A model generated the notes under the pieces. That model did not search any database. It saw nothing but the letters and a program-made list of their open reading frames with translations, and was not told the origin of the DNA. From Candidatus Nanopelagicales bacterium (GTDB lineage: Bacteria; Actinomycetota; Actinomycetes; S36-B12; UBA10799), in contig JBAOHC010000020.1 in assembly GCA_037046735.1 (NCBI GenBank), positions 78,708 through 142,707 on the forward strand: DNA of 64,000 nucleotides. The letters are read 5' to 3'. The translations under genes and the position numbers were made by a program. Positions 54,510 to 64,000 of this stretch are shown here, in pieces; within the stretch, counting starts at the first letter, position 1, and every line of letters begins with the position of its first letter.

Positions 54510-55328
54510 TCAGTGGGTGAGCCGGCGCCGAGCCGCCTCGATGCGGGTGGACAGGGTTCCGTCGATCACTTCGTCGCCGACCCGGACTTCCAGGCCACCC
54601 ACGATGCTGGGATCGACAGTCACGTTGAGTTGGACATCGCGATGGTGCACGCGGCCCAGGGCCGCAGCCAGTCGAACCGACTGATCATCGGTAAGGGGAA
54701 CAGCGGTGCGGACCTCTGCGACCACCCGGCCACGGCGTTGCGCGGCGAGGGCACTGAGGTCTGAGATCGCGGTCTGGACCGGCCGCCCATGGAGTTCGGT
54801 GGTGACGTTCTGCAGCAGGCTCAGCGTGAGCGGGTCGACCTTGCCCGTCAACAATTGGGCGGTGATCGCGAACTTCTCAGGTTCGCTGATGGCCGGATTC
54901 GTCAGAGCCATCTGCAGGTCGGGGTTGGAGTCGATGACCCGCCCGAAGCGGAAGATCTCCTCCTCCACCCCGTCCAGGTGGCCTTCCTTCTCCGCGGACA
55001 TCAACAGCAGGCTCTGGCCCGCCTCGTCCATGGCATCGGTCATGTCCCGATCGTTCGACCACCGGGCGGCCACGGTCTCAGCGATGAGGTCGAGGGCGAA
55101 CGGCGACACTCGGCTGGACAACAGTCGCTGCAGCAGGTCCCGTTTGGCCCCGGCGTTCATCGCCGGGTCGGCCAGGGTCTGCCGCAGGGTGCGTTCACGG
55201 CCGAGTAGACCTGCGAAGGAGAGCAGGGACTGACCATCGGTGGCCAGGGCAGCGGCGTCAGCACCGTCGAACCGGGCATTGACCGACTCCCGCAGTGCCG
55301 CAAGTGACGTGCGACTGGCCCCGATCAT
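54510..55328 (-). CDS. atpH: F0F1 ATP synthase subunit delta
   Basis: 272 aa; position between atpF and atpA; OSCP-like C-terminal region. Confidence 0.85.
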   Translation of the reverse strand: MIGASRTSLAALRESVNARFDGADAAALATDGQSLLSFAGLLGRERTLRQTLADPAMNAGAKRDLLQRLLSSRVSPFALDLIAETVAARWSNDRDMTDAMDEAGQSLLLMSAEKEGHLDGVEEEIFRFGRVIDSNPDLQMALTNPAISEPEKFAITAQLLTGKVDPLTLSLLQNVTTELHGRPVQTAISDLSALAAQRRGRVVAEVRTAVPLTDDQSVRLAAALGRVHHRDVQLNVTVDPSIVGGLEVRVGDEVIDGTLSTRIEAARRRLTH

Positions 55329-55876
55329 CAGTTCTGCCCGCCGTTCGGCGTCGCCTGCTCGAGGTCCGCGATGAAGCGGTCCACAACAGCGCGAGCGCGG
55401 GCGTCGTCGCTCATCGACTCTCCGACGATGCGTCCGGCGAGATCAGTGGCGACACCACCCATCTGCTTGCGCAAGTCGGCAAGAGCCTTTGCCTTTTCGG
55501 CCTCGATCTGGGCGGTGGCGTTGGCTGCGATCTGCGCGGCCTGCGACTCGGCGGCCTTGCGGGCCTCGTCCATCACGGTCGCACGCTCGGCCTCGGCCTG
55601 CTGGCGGATCTCCGCCACTTCGGCACGGGCAGCGGCCATCTGCTCCTGGTACTGCTCCAGGGTGCGTTGGGCCTGCGCCTGCGCCTCTTCAGCACGCTTG
55701 ATCCCGCCCTCGATCGCGTCCGTGCGCTCTTCGAGAGTCTGTTGGATCTTGGGCAGGGCGAACTTCGCCAGCACTCCGAAGACGATGGCGAAGGCCGCAA
55801 GGCCGATCCAGAACTCGAACCACGGAATGCGTAGGACGTTGCCTCCGCCTTCTTCGGCAGCAAGCATCCAGGTCAT
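55328..55876 (-). CDS. atpF: F0F1 ATP synthase subunit b
   Basis: 182 aa; one N-terminal TM then a long charged Ala-rich helix. Confidence 0.85.
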   Translation of the reverse strand: MTWMLAAEEGGGNVLRIPWFEFWIGLAAFAIVFGVLAKFALPKIQQTLEERTDAIEGGIKRAEEAQAQAQRTLEQYQEQMAAARAEVAEIRQQAEAERATVMDEARKAAESQAAQIAANATAQIEAEKAKALADLRKQMGGVATDLAGRIVGESMSDDARARAVVDRFIADLEQATPNGGQN

Positions 55877-55891
55877 GTGGGTCGTCCTCGC

Positions 55892-56197
<306 letters not shown>

Positions 56198-57004
56198 TCA
56201 GTGTTCGGCGTGCAGTGATCCGGCGATGTACACCGCCGTGAGCAGGGTGAAGATGTAGGCCTGCAAGGCCTGGATCAGGGCTTCGAAGGCGGTCATGATG
56301 ACGGTCATCACGAAGGACGTGGCCGATCCGAGGATGCCGATGATGTTGGGGCTGGCCAGGTAGAAGGCCGCCACAGTGAAGACGGTCAGCAGCAGGTGAC
56401 CGGCGAACATGTTGGCGAACAACCGGATGGCCAGGGTGACCGGGCGCACGATCACGTTGGAGATCAGCTCGATCGGCGCCAGGATGACGTAGATCGGCTT
56501 GGGCATCCCGGGCGGGAACATCATGTTCGTGAAGAACTTGATGGGGCCCTGGTGGCGCACGCCCAGATACATGTAGATGCACCAGACCATGATCGCCAGG
56601 CCCACGGGGAAGGCGAAGCGCGAGTTCACTGGGAACTGGGCACCGGGGATGATGCCCCAGAGGTTACCTATCCAGACGAAGAAGAAGATCGTGAACAGCA
56701 GCGGGACGAACCGGTCGCCGTCCTTGCCGATCACCTCGCGGCTGATGCCGTCGCGGATGAACAGGTAGCCCATCTCCCCCACACTCTGCAGTTTGCCGGG
56801 GATCAACTTCGGCTTACCGAAGGCGGCGAGGAAGAAGGCCATGATCAGCACGGATCCGAGCAAGAGCAGCACGACGGGCTTGGTGATCTGGCCGAAGTAC
56901 GGTTCGATCTCGAAGATCGAGGCGTCGGGGGCAGGGAATCCGCAGCCACTCTGGAAGTGGCAACCGGGCTCAATCTCAGCCATAGGTACCCGTGCGCCGA
57001 TCAC
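56198..57004 (-). CDS. atpB: F0F1 ATP synthase subunit a
   Basis: 268 aa; GTG 57004 preceded by AGGAGG; conserved RLFANMFAGH. Confidence 0.9.
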   Translation of the reverse strand: MIGARVPMAEIEPGCHFQSGCGFPAPDASIFEIEPYFGQITKPVVLLLLGSVLIMAFFLAAFGKPKLIPGKLQSVGEMGYLFIRDGISREVIGKDGDRFVPLLFTIFFFVWIGNLWGIIPGAQFPVNSRFAFPVGLAIMVWCIYMYLGVRHQGPIKFFTNMMFPPGMPKPIYVILAPIELISNVIVRPVTLAIRLFANMFAGHLLLTVFTVAAFYLASPNIIGILGSATSFVMTVIMTAFEALIQALQAYIFTLLTAVYIAGSLHAEH

Positions 57005-57249
57005 TACGCCTCCTGCTGTGGTTTCGAGCCGCCGTCCAACTGCCGCAAGCGGTAGAACACGAGCACCGTGCTTGCCGCGAGTCCGAACACTGCCCCGATC
57101 GCCAGCCCCACCGATGCGTTATCGAAGTACAACCCGATCAGGTACCCGAGGCCGCCGTAGATCAGAATCCCTGCGATCAGGTTATTCATCACTGTCCACG
57201 CGACATTGGGAGTTTCCCGGTCGAGTGGTGCCGGCTTCAGAGATTTCAT
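57004..57249 (-). CDS. small 2-TM membrane protein (AtpZ/AtpI-like) upstream of atpB
   Basis: ORF 57004-57348 trimmed to ATG 57249; 81 aa; two hydrophobic helices; position typical of atp-operon accessory proteins. Confidence 0.5.
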   Translation of the reverse strand: MKSLKPAPLDRETPNVAWTVMNNLIAGILIYGGLGYLIGLYFDNASVGLAIGAVFGLAASTVLVFYRLRQLDGGSKPQQEA

Positions 57250-57304
57250 GTTCGCGCTCAACCTACCAGCCCAGGCTTGTGCATCGATGCACGACCCTCT
57301 GGCA

Positions 57305-57772
57305 TCACGAGCCTGGCTTCTTGAGTCGTTCGATGACGTCCGGATCATCGCTGAGCGACAGGGTGGACTCGGGCTCGACGTATGCGGTGGGCCGGCTGCT
57401 CAGGGCCACCACGATCAGGCCCGTCCACACGATCGCGCAGACGGCGACCACGCCCGCGAAGACCTTGGGGTCGAAGAAGGTGGCGTCCTTGAGCAGAGCC
57501 AGCATCAAGAACAGGACGATGACTTGTCCGAGGTACACGCCGAGGGCGGCGTTGAGACCCAGGGCGGGATTGTTGGCCAAAACCTTCTGGATCGCGAGCT
57601 GGCCCAGGCCGAAGAAGCCGAGGACCACGACCGTGGCCATGACCCCTGCGATCAGTCCCGGCGTGCCGGCCACCGCTGTACCGATCACCGTGCCGATGAT
57701 GCCCACGGTCAGCGTGCCGAGAACAGGCTTTCGCAGCGAGGCAGTGGCGGCGTTGGACGAATCAGATTTCAT
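57305..57772 (-). CDS. ATP synthase protein I-like membrane protein (Rv1303-like position)
   Basis: ORF trimmed to ATG 57772; 155 aa; four hydrophobic segments. Confidence 0.55.
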   Translation of the reverse strand: MKSDSSNAATASLRKPVLGTLTVGIIGTVIGTAVAGTPGLIAGVMATVVVLGFFGLGQLAIQKVLANNPALGLNAALGVYLGQVIVLFLMLALLKDATFFDPKVFAGVVAVCAIVWTGLIVVALSSRPTAYVEPESTLSLSDDPDVIERLKKPGS

Positions 57773-57920
57773 GTCCTTTTCACTGTAACCGCTGTGTAAG
57801 CCGCAGGGTGCGGGGGCCACGGGCAGCGCGCTGCGACACCGGCCCTGTAGGCCACGCCCCCGCTTCGTCCGGGCGCGCTTCATCGCAATGGGCGAGTCAG
57901 ATTCATAGCGGCGGTCGGGA

Positions 57921-59030
57921 CTATCCGGACCGGGTGCCGCCGCTGCCCGCGGATGCCCGCGCTGGCCGTGACACGAGCAGGATCAGGCCGGCGAGGCCTG
58001 CAAGGAAGAACACTGCTGAGACCACCAGCGGCACCAGGGCCACGGATACTGCCGAAAAGGCGATCAACGCCGTCCACGCGTACATGAGACCCACGGCGCG
58101 CCGCTGCGAATGTCCGAGTTCGATCAGCCGATGGTGCAGATGTTCCTTGTCCGGAGCGAAGGGACTGCGCCCCCGCCTGGTCCGCCGGATCACGGCCAGC
58201 GATACGTCGATCAGCGGCACCGCAATGACGGCCAACGGCAGCAACAGGGGCAGGATCGCCGGGAACAGCAGCTCAGCCCGCACCGCGCTGGGGTCCACCC
58301 GGCCGGACAGGGTGATCGCGCTGGCCGCCAGCAGCAGCCCGATCAACATCGACCCGGTGTCGCCCATGAACAGCCGGGCAGGGTTGATGTTGTGCGGCAG
58401 GAACCCGACACAGATGCCCGCCAGCAGGGCACACAGCAGCGCGGCCAGCGTCGCGCGGTCGAAGCCGAACTCGACACTGAGCAGGAAGGCGTACGCGAAG
58501 AAGGCCAAGGCGGCGATCCCCACGATGCCGGCAGCGAGACCGTCGAGACCGTCGACGAAGTTCACAGCGTTGATCGTCAGCACGACGAACAGCACCGTCA
58601 GCAGGACGCTGGTCAACGGGTCGAGGACAAACGTACCGCCGATGGGTAGCCAGACCATTTGGATCCCCAGAAAAGCCATCGAGCCCGCCGCGAGCACCTG
58701 ACCGACGAACTTCGTGGGGGCATCGAGGCCGAACCTGTCGTCGAGCAGCCCGAGCGCGACGATCAGGGTCGAGCCCACCAGGATGGCCAGCGGCTGCCGA
58801 CTGGTGTCGAACACGACACTCATCCCCGGCAACTGGCTGGCCACCAGTAGCCCGGCCAACAACCCGCCGTACATGGCCAGCCCGCCCCACCGCGGTGTGG
58901 GCTGGGAGTGGATATCGCGATCCCGTACCTCGGCCATCGCTTTGGCCCGGATCGCGAGCAGCCGCACGGGCGGCGTCAACAAGTACGTCACAGCTGCTGC
59001 CACGAGGAAGCAGAGCAAGTACTCGCGCAC
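57921..59030 (-). CDS. wecA: undecaprenyl/decaprenyl-phosphate GlcNAc-1-phosphate transferase (MraY/WecA family)
   Basis: 369 aa polytopic; [13 protein letters not shown] and [18 protein letters not shown] motifs; same position as Rv1302 (rfe). Confidence 0.85.
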   Translation of the reverse strand: MREYLLCFLVAAAVTYLLTPPVRLLAIRAKAMAEVRDRDIHSQPTPRWGGLAMYGGLLAGLLVASQLPGMSVVFDTSRQPLAILVGSTLIVALGLLDDRFGLDAPTKFVGQVLAAGSMAFLGIQMVWLPIGGTFVLDPLTSVLLTVLFVVLTINAVNFVDGLDGLAAGIVGIAALAFFAYAFLLSVEFGFDRATLAALLCALLAGICVGFLPHNINPARLFMGDTGSMLIGLLLAASAITLSGRVDPSAVRAELLFPAILPLLLPLAVIAVPLIDVSLAVIRRTRRGRSPFAPDKEHLHHRLIELGHSQRRAVGLMYAWTALIAFSAVSVALVPLVVSAVFFLAGLAGLILLVSRPARASAGSGGTRSG

Positions 59031-59042
59031 CGCCGGGGTTAC

Positions 59043-60305
59043 CTAACCGACCGGGTAGGCCGGGAACTCCGTGACGAGGGCGTCGACTGCCGTGCGGACC
59101 TCGGCGGTCGCGTTCGGGTCGGTGACCGCCCGTGCGATCAGAGTGGCGATCTCCTTCATCTGCGTGACACCCATCCCCTGGGTCGTCACGCTGGGCGATC
59201 CAACGCGGATGCCGCTGGCCACACTGGGGGGCTGCGGGTCGAAGGGGATGGCGTTCTTGTTGAGCACGATCCCGGCGGCGTCGCAACGCTGCTCTGCCTC
59301 GGCGCCAGTCACCCCGACGGGACGCAGGTCCAGCAGGGCCAGGTGGGTATCGGTGCCCCCCGTGACAGCCCGCATGCCTTCGGCCTCCAAGCCTGCGGTG
59401 AGCGCCTGCGCGTTATCGATCACTTCCCGGGCGTACTTCTGGTACTGCGGCGTCGACGCTTCCTTGAGGGCAACGGCCTTGGCCGCGACGGCATGCATCA
59501 GCGGACCGCCCTGCATCATCGGGAACACCGCCTTGTCGATGGCCGCGGCGTGTTCGGCGGTGCTCAGGATCATGCCTCCCCGGGGCCCTCTCAGCACCTT
59601 GTGGGTGGTGAAGGTGACGACGTCGGCGTAGGGCACCGGGCTGGGGATGGCTTTGCCTGCCACCAATCCGATGAAGTGCGCCGCGTCCACCATGAGGACG
59701 GCCCCCACCTCGTCGGCGATCTCCCGGAAGGCGGCGAAGTCGATCAGCCGAGGAATCGCTGAGCCACCACAGATGATCATCTTGGGTTGATGCTGGCGGG
59801 CCAGGTCTCGCACCTGGTCGTAGTCGATGTCCTCAGTTTGTTCGTCAACCCCGTAGTGCACGGCGTCGAACCACTTGCCGGAGAAGGAGACCTTGGTGCC
59901 ATGAGTCAGGTGGCCACCATGCGGCAGACTCATCGCCAGAATCTTCTCGCCGGGCTTCACGAAGGCGCCGTACACGGCGATGTTCGCCGAAGCGCCGGAA
60001 TGCGGCTGCAGGTTGGCGTGATCGGCTCCGAACAGGGCCTTGGCCCGCTCGATCCCGATCATCTCGGCCTTGTCGACCTCCGCACACCCTCCGTAGTAGC
60101 GCCGCCCGGGGTACCCCTCGGCATACTTGTTGCTCAAGGTGGATCCGAGCGCTGCCAGCACTGCCGGGCTGGTGAAGTTCTCGCTGGCGATGAGCTGCAA
60201 GCCCCCGCGGGCGCGATCGAGCTCACTGAGCAGGATGCCGGCGATCTCCGGGTCCTCGGCGGTGAGCTGGGCGAAGTCGGGACCCCAGAACGGCACATTG
60301 GTCAT
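59043..60305 (-). CDS. glyA: serine hydroxymethyltransferase
   Basis: 420 aa; PLP-lysine motif TTHKVLRGPRGG; full-length conservation. Confidence 0.95.
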   Translation of the reverse strand: MTNVPFWGPDFAQLTAEDPEIAGILLSELDRARGGLQLIASENFTSPAVLAALGSTLSNKYAEGYPGRRYYGGCAEVDKAEMIGIERAKALFGADHANLQPHSGASANIAVYGAFVKPGEKILAMSLPHGGHLTHGTKVSFSGKWFDAVHYGVDEQTEDIDYDQVRDLARQHQPKMIICGGSAIPRLIDFAAFREIADEVGAVLMVDAAHFIGLVAGKAIPSPVPYADVVTFTTHKVLRGPRGGMILSTAEHAAAIDKAVFPMMQGGPLMHAVAAKAVALKEASTPQYQKYAREVIDNAQALTAGLEAEGMRAVTGGTDTHLALLDLRPVGVTGAEAEQRCDAAGIVLNKNAIPFDPQPPSVASGIRVGSPSVTTQGMGVTQMKEIATLIARAVTDPNATAEVRTAVDALVTEFPAYPVG

Positions 60306-60418
60306 GAGGATCAGTGTAAGGGTGGCGCCACCGGGACCCCGCAGCGCCGAAGGCCGCGCCGCTCGCGGCCACCGCTGCCCGGTGTGTCGGTCGCGCAGGC
60401 ACTGACAGAATTGCCTGC

Positions 60419-61030
60419 GTGATGCGCACCTACCCCGGCGACGATCCGCAATTGCGGGCGGCGGGCACGCGGGCCGCCGTCACCGCCCTGCGTTCGGGAC
60501 GACTGGTCGTGGCTCCAGCGGACATGCACTATGCGACCCTCGCCGACGCGTTTTCCATCGCAGGTGTCGAGCGAATGCGCACGGCCCGCGGGATCACGCC
60601 AGGCACCTCGATCCCGGTCTTCATCGACCGCCGGACCACGCTGCACGCGCTCTGGGGCCGGGTGCCGCGCGACGCCGAGGTCCTGGCCCGGGCATTCTGG
60701 CCCGGACCTCTCACCCTCATCGGCAAACCCCAACTGTCGCTGGCGTGGAACACCGGAACGACCGACGCGGTAGCCGTTCGGATGCCGCTGCACCCATGGA
60801 TGCTGGAGCTGGTGGCGGCCGTGGGACCGATCGCCGCGACCGGGGCTGGCACTCCCATGCCGGTCGAGTTGGCCAGCGCGGACCAGGAGCAGATCTCGAT
60901 CGGCCTCGACGCGGGCACACTGCGCGGCGGCCCGGCCAGCACTGTCGTGGACCTGCGCAGCGGGATCGAGGTGGTGCGGGAGGGTCCGATCAGCTCCGAG
61001 CAGATCCAGCAGGCCATCGAGCGCCAGTGA
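60419..61030 (+). CDS. Sua5/YciO/YrdC/YwlC (TsaC-like) family protein, divergent and inverted relative to the operon
   Basis: Collinear with Rv1301 (RAFWPGPLTLI, AVRMPLHPWMLELV, GPASTVVDL), but the TDTVYG motif reads ADMHYAT. Coded on the opposite strand to all neighbours; 41-nt convergent overlap with prmC. Confidence 0.7.
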   Translation: MMRTYPGDDPQLRAAGTRAAVTALRSGRLVVAPADMHYATLADAFSIAGVERMRTARGITPGTSIPVFIDRRTTLHALWGRVPRDAEVLARAFWPGPLTLIGKPQLSLAWNTGTTDAVAVRMPLHPWMLELVAAVGPIAATGAGTPMPVELASADQEQISIGLDAGTLRGGPASTVVDLRSGIEVVREGPISSEQIQQAIERQ

Positions 61031-61787
61031 CGCGGTCCCGGCCGGTCAGGTCGGGATGGGTGGCCACGTCAGAGAAGTCGGCAAGGAGCATCCGGACCTG
61101 CTCCCCCTGCAATTCGCCATGCTCGATCAGCACCCGTCCACCTGCCACCAGCAACTCTCGGGCTCGCTGCACGACGGCCCGGACGATATCCATGCCGTCC
61201 GGACCACCGAAGAGTGCCATCTGCGGATCATGCAGGGCGACCTCCGGATCCCTGGGCACCATCGCGTCGGGGATGTATGGAGGATTGCTCACCACCAGAT
61301 CCACCGGGGGCAGCGGCAGGGGTAGGCAAACGTCAGCCTCCAGCAATTCGACCCGGTCCCCCACATTGCGCCGGGCCCAGGACAACGCCACTGGATCCTT
61401 CTCGACGCCGACGACCCGCGCCCCAGTTTCGGTGGCCAGCGCAAGAGCGACCGCGCCGGAACCGGTACAGAGGTCGATGGCCGTCTCGAAGGGTGCGGTC
61501 AGCGCCAGGTCGACCAGGACCTCGGTCTCCGGGCGCGGCACGAAGACACCGGGGCCGACCGCGATGTCGAGGTATCGGAATCCGGCCACCCCCGTCAGGT
61601 GCTGCAACGGCACACGCTGGCAACGCAGGACGACCAACTCCTCAAGCCGGGCAGCCTGCTCGGCAGTGAGTGCCGGGTCAAAACCCTGCTGTCCTGCGAC
61701 GAACGCGATCAGAGCGCTGGCATCGGCGTCGGGCGATGGCACGCCGGCCGTTGCCAGTCGCGCCCGCACGTCCCGGCGCCTGCTCAC
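60990..61787 (-). CDS. prmC: peptide chain release factor N5-glutamine methyltransferase
   Basis: [11 protein letters not shown] motif, VVSNPPYIP; GTGA overlap with the prfA stop. Confidence 0.88.
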   Translation of the reverse strand: MSRRRDVRARLATAGVPSPDADASALIAFVAGQQGFDPALTAEQAARLEELVVLRCQRVPLQHLTGVAGFRYLDIAVGPGVFVPRPETEVLVDLALTAPFETAIDLCTGSGAVALALATETGARVVGVEKDPVALSWARRNVGDRVELLEADVCLPLPLPPVDLVVSNPPYIPDAMVPRDPEVALHDPQMALFGGPDGMDIVRAVVQRARELLVAGGRVLIEHGELQGEQVRMLLADFSDVATHPDLTGRDRVTGARWPAGSARS

Positions 61788-62860
61788 ACTGAGTCCGCCG
61801 ACTCCAGCCGGTCTCGCAGGTCCGCTTCCAGACAGGATCCGATGACCGGATCGAGGTCGCCGGCGAGCACGTGGTCGAGGTTGTAGGCCTTGAAGCCGGT
61901 GCGATGGTCGGAGATGCGGTTCTCGGGGAAGTTGTAGGTGCGGATGCGCTCGGAGCGGTCGACTGTGCGCACCTGCGACTTGCGGCTGGCAGAGGCCTGC
62001 GCGGCCTTCTTCTCCTCTTCCAGGGCGATCAGGCGCGCGCGCAGGATGCGCATGGCCTGCTCCTTGTTCTGCAGCTGGGACTTCTCGTTCTGGCAGCTCA
62101 CGACGACACCAGTGGGCAGGTGTGTGATGCGCACAGCGGAGTCGGTGGTGTTCACACTCTGACCGCCGGGCCCCGAGGACCGGTACACGTCGATGCGCAG
62201 GTCGTTGGGGTCGATCGTCACTTCGACGTCCTCGGTCTCGGGGAAGACCAGTACGCCGGCAGCGGAGGTGTGGATGCGGCCCTGCGACTCGGTGACGGGC
62301 ACCCGTTGCACACGATGCACGCCAGCTTCGAACTTCAGCCGGGCGTACGGCGACTGGTCGGGCTGGGACTGCCCCTTGGCCTTGACCGAGATGCTGGCGT
62401 CCTTGATTCCACCAAGGTTGGTCTCCTCAAGGTGGATGACCTCGAAACGCCAGCCACGAATTGCCGCGTAGCGCTCATACATCCGCATCAGGTCACCGGC
62501 GAACAACGCCGACTCGTCGCCGCCTTCGCCAGCCTTGATCTCGAGGATGGCGTCGGAGTCGTCGAGGGGATCCCGGGGCACCAGCAATTCACTGAGTTGC
62601 TCGGCGACCCGCTCCCGTTCACCCGCCAGGGCCTCGGCCTCGTCCGCGAACGAGGCATCGTCCTGGGCAAGCTCGCGAGCAGCCTGCTCGTCCTCGCCGA
62701 GCGTGAGCCAGCGCTGGTAGGTCTCCACCAGCGGTCGCAGCTGCGCGTGCCGCTTGCCGACCTGCCGGGCACGCGCGGGATCGGCGTGCAGGGCAGGATC
62801 GGCAAGGTCGGTCTCGAGGCGGTGCAGCTCGTCGACCAGGGCGGTGACCCGTTCGAACAC
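61784..62860 (-). CDS. prfA: peptide chain release factor 1
   Basis: 358 aa; PVT anticodon-mimic tripeptide, [12 protein letters not shown] motif. Confidence 0.95.
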   Translation of the reverse strand: MFERVTALVDELHRLETDLADPALHADPARARQVGKRHAQLRPLVETYQRWLTLGEDEQAARELAQDDASFADEAEALAGERERVAEQLSELLVPRDPLDDSDAILEIKAGEGGDESALFAGDLMRMYERYAAIRGWRFEVIHLEETNLGGIKDASISVKAKGQSQPDQSPYARLKFEAGVHRVQRVPVTESQGRIHTSAAGVLVFPETEDVEVTIDPNDLRIDVYRSSGPGGQSVNTTDSAVRITHLPTGVVVSCQNEKSQLQNKEQAMRILRARLIALEEEKKAAQASASRKSQVRTVDRSERIRTYNFPENRISDHRTGFKAYNLDHVLAGDLDPVIGSCLEADLRDRLESADSV

Positions 62861-63076
62861 TTACTTGCTGGCTTGCTTGCCGAAGCGCTTCTCGAACTTG
62901 GCAACCCGGCCGCCGGTGTCGAGGATCTTCTGCTTGCCGGTGTAGAAGGGGTGGCACTTGTTGCACACATCTGCGTGGATGGTGCCGCTCTTGGCGGTGC
63001 TGCGTGTGGTGAACGTGTTGCCACAGGAACAGGTCACCGTGGTGTCGACGTAATCCGGATGGATGTCGGGCTTCAT
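62861..63076 (-). CDS. rpmE: 50S ribosomal protein L31 (zinc-ribbon type A)
   Basis: 71 aa; [13 protein letters not shown]...[13 protein letters not shown]. Confidence 0.92.
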   Translation of the reverse strand: MKPDIHPDYVDTTVTCSCGNTFTTRSTAKSGTIHADVCNKCHPFYTGKQKILDTGGRVAKFEKRFGKQASK

Positions 63077-63176
63077 TGAGTCTCCTTAAGGTGTCCCGGG
63101 TCGCCGAAAACGCACAGCGTGAACCGGGGCTAGGTACTCAGTGTAACTGTGTGCCCGCGGCCGGTATTCCAGCGGT

Positions 63177-64000
63177 TCAGCGAGGTGCCAGTTCCACACC
63201 GGTGAGATCCAGATTCCAGGAATAGCGGGTCGCCCGGTTGTCGCCACCGTCGGAGTACTGATGGGAGCCGGTGATGCGGCTCAGGTCCGTCGTGACCTGC
63301 TGAAGACCGCCTGGCTGCGAAGCGTCTCCCAGGTTGAGCAGACCCATGCCCTGGACGTATCCGAACATCTCACCCCAGTCCCCGGTCCGGGCGTCGCACG
63401 TTCTCGTGGCGATGAAGGGTGACGGGAACGAGAACTCCAGACCGATCCGTGCGGTCCATACCCAGCTCTGCCCCACCTTGGCGCGCGGGATGGTGAGCCG
63501 CCCGTGGGCCAGGAGGGGGTCGGTCAAGGTTGCGCCCCCCTCGTAAGGGCAGGTCCCGGTTCCCGAAACCTGCCAGGTGATGCCCAGGAACTCCACCGCG
63601 TAGACGACGTTCTTGTCGTCGGTCAGTTCGCCGTCGTAGACGAAGGTCAGGGCCCCTGAGGCATCGAGGCGGGAGTCGCCCGTGGGCACCTGGGCCATGG
63701 TGTAGGTCCCTGTGAGTCGCTTCGGGAAACTGTCCGCAACGTCGACCCGCCGCGAGAAGCTGACCTCCTGGTAGTTGCCCCGTTGCGCGGGTACGTACAA
63801 CCGCCAGTACCACCGGCCCAACTGCGGCGACGGCACCGTGAACGAGACCTTGCCTCCCCGGGTCGTTCGCACCCGCTGGACGGTGGCGAACTTCCAGTCC
63901 TCGAACTTGCTTCGCTGCAGAAAGACGCGTAGTCCCTTCTGCCGTCCCACGGTCGCCGTAGCCGTCCACTGCGTCCCCACGCTGACGGCCAGCGGCTTGA
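63177..64000 (-). CDS. hypothetical protein (N-terminus beyond window end)
   Basis: Frame stays open from the stop at 63177 to the window edge; good GC3; no recognisable motif; listed GTG 63980 may be internal. Confidence 0.45.
   Translation of the reverse strand, partial: KPLAVSVGTQWTATATVGRQKGLRVFLQRSKFEDWKFATVQRVRTTRGGKVSFTVPSPQLGRWYWRLYVPAQRGNYQEVSFSRRVDVADSFPKRLTGTYTMAQVPTGDSRLDASGALTFVYDGELTDDKNVVYAVEFLGITWQVSGTGTCPYEGGATLTDPLLAHGRLTIPRAKVGQSWVWTARIGLEFSFPSPFIATRTCDARTGDWGEMFGYVQGMGLLNLGDASQPGGLQQVTTDLSRITGSHQYSDGGDNRATRYSWNLDLTGVELAPR

Noticed and set aside
60306-60418. Riboswitch (ZTP/pfl or glycine/THF-type) in the glyA leader
   Set aside because: I looked for the GGGUCGUG...ACCGGG and CCGCCUGGGCA cores and glycine-riboswitch features on the minus strand. 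Only a generic 8-bp hairpin (cgcaggca/tgcctgcg) is present.

Overview
High-GC (roughly 68-70 %) chromosomal window from an Actinomycetota-type genome. All calls come from reading the six-frame translations, motifs and the DNA itself; no database search was run.

**44-64 kb: conserved core block.** The order is rpmE-prfA-prmC-(TsaC-like)-glyA-wecA-atpI-like-atpB-E-F-H-A-G-D-C, then a PduO-type cobalamin adenosyltransferase, a membrane hydrolase, a CPBP protease and murA. This matches the M. tuberculosis Rv1298-Rv1315 region. nucS lies just upstream.

**0-44 kb: mosaic.**
- Two LacI-controlled units: an AroE-like dehydrogenase and an amylosucrase.
- An arylsulfatase.
- tRNA-His followed by a 110-bp tandem array that re-copies the tRNA 3' end plus its terminator.
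- trmB-pxpABC, a WS/DGAT acyltransferase and a tandem USP.
- A scattered B12 / short-chain acyl-CoA gene set: icmF, a MeaB-like GTPase, thiolase, methylmalonyl-CoA epimerase, ccr and two 3-hydroxyacyl-CoA dehydrogenases.

**Most unusual block (26.0-31.6 kb).** Three tandem paralogous secreted DUF11-repeat proteins sit between the epimerase and ccr. They share an unassigned, basic, roughly 85-aa C-terminal module. Two of them have 260 bp of identical 3' sequence.

**Other non-genic signals.**
- A ~54-nt imperfect-palindrome element present in three intergenic sites.
- A 63-bp tandem hairpin repeat downstream of atpC.
- Inverted-repeat sets in convergent intergenic regions.

**Caveat.** At least 12 single-base frame disruptions hit 8 genes, all left of 44 kb and all at short homopolymers. 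I read these as probable sequence or assembly indels rather than biology, and I annotated the affected genes across the breaks.
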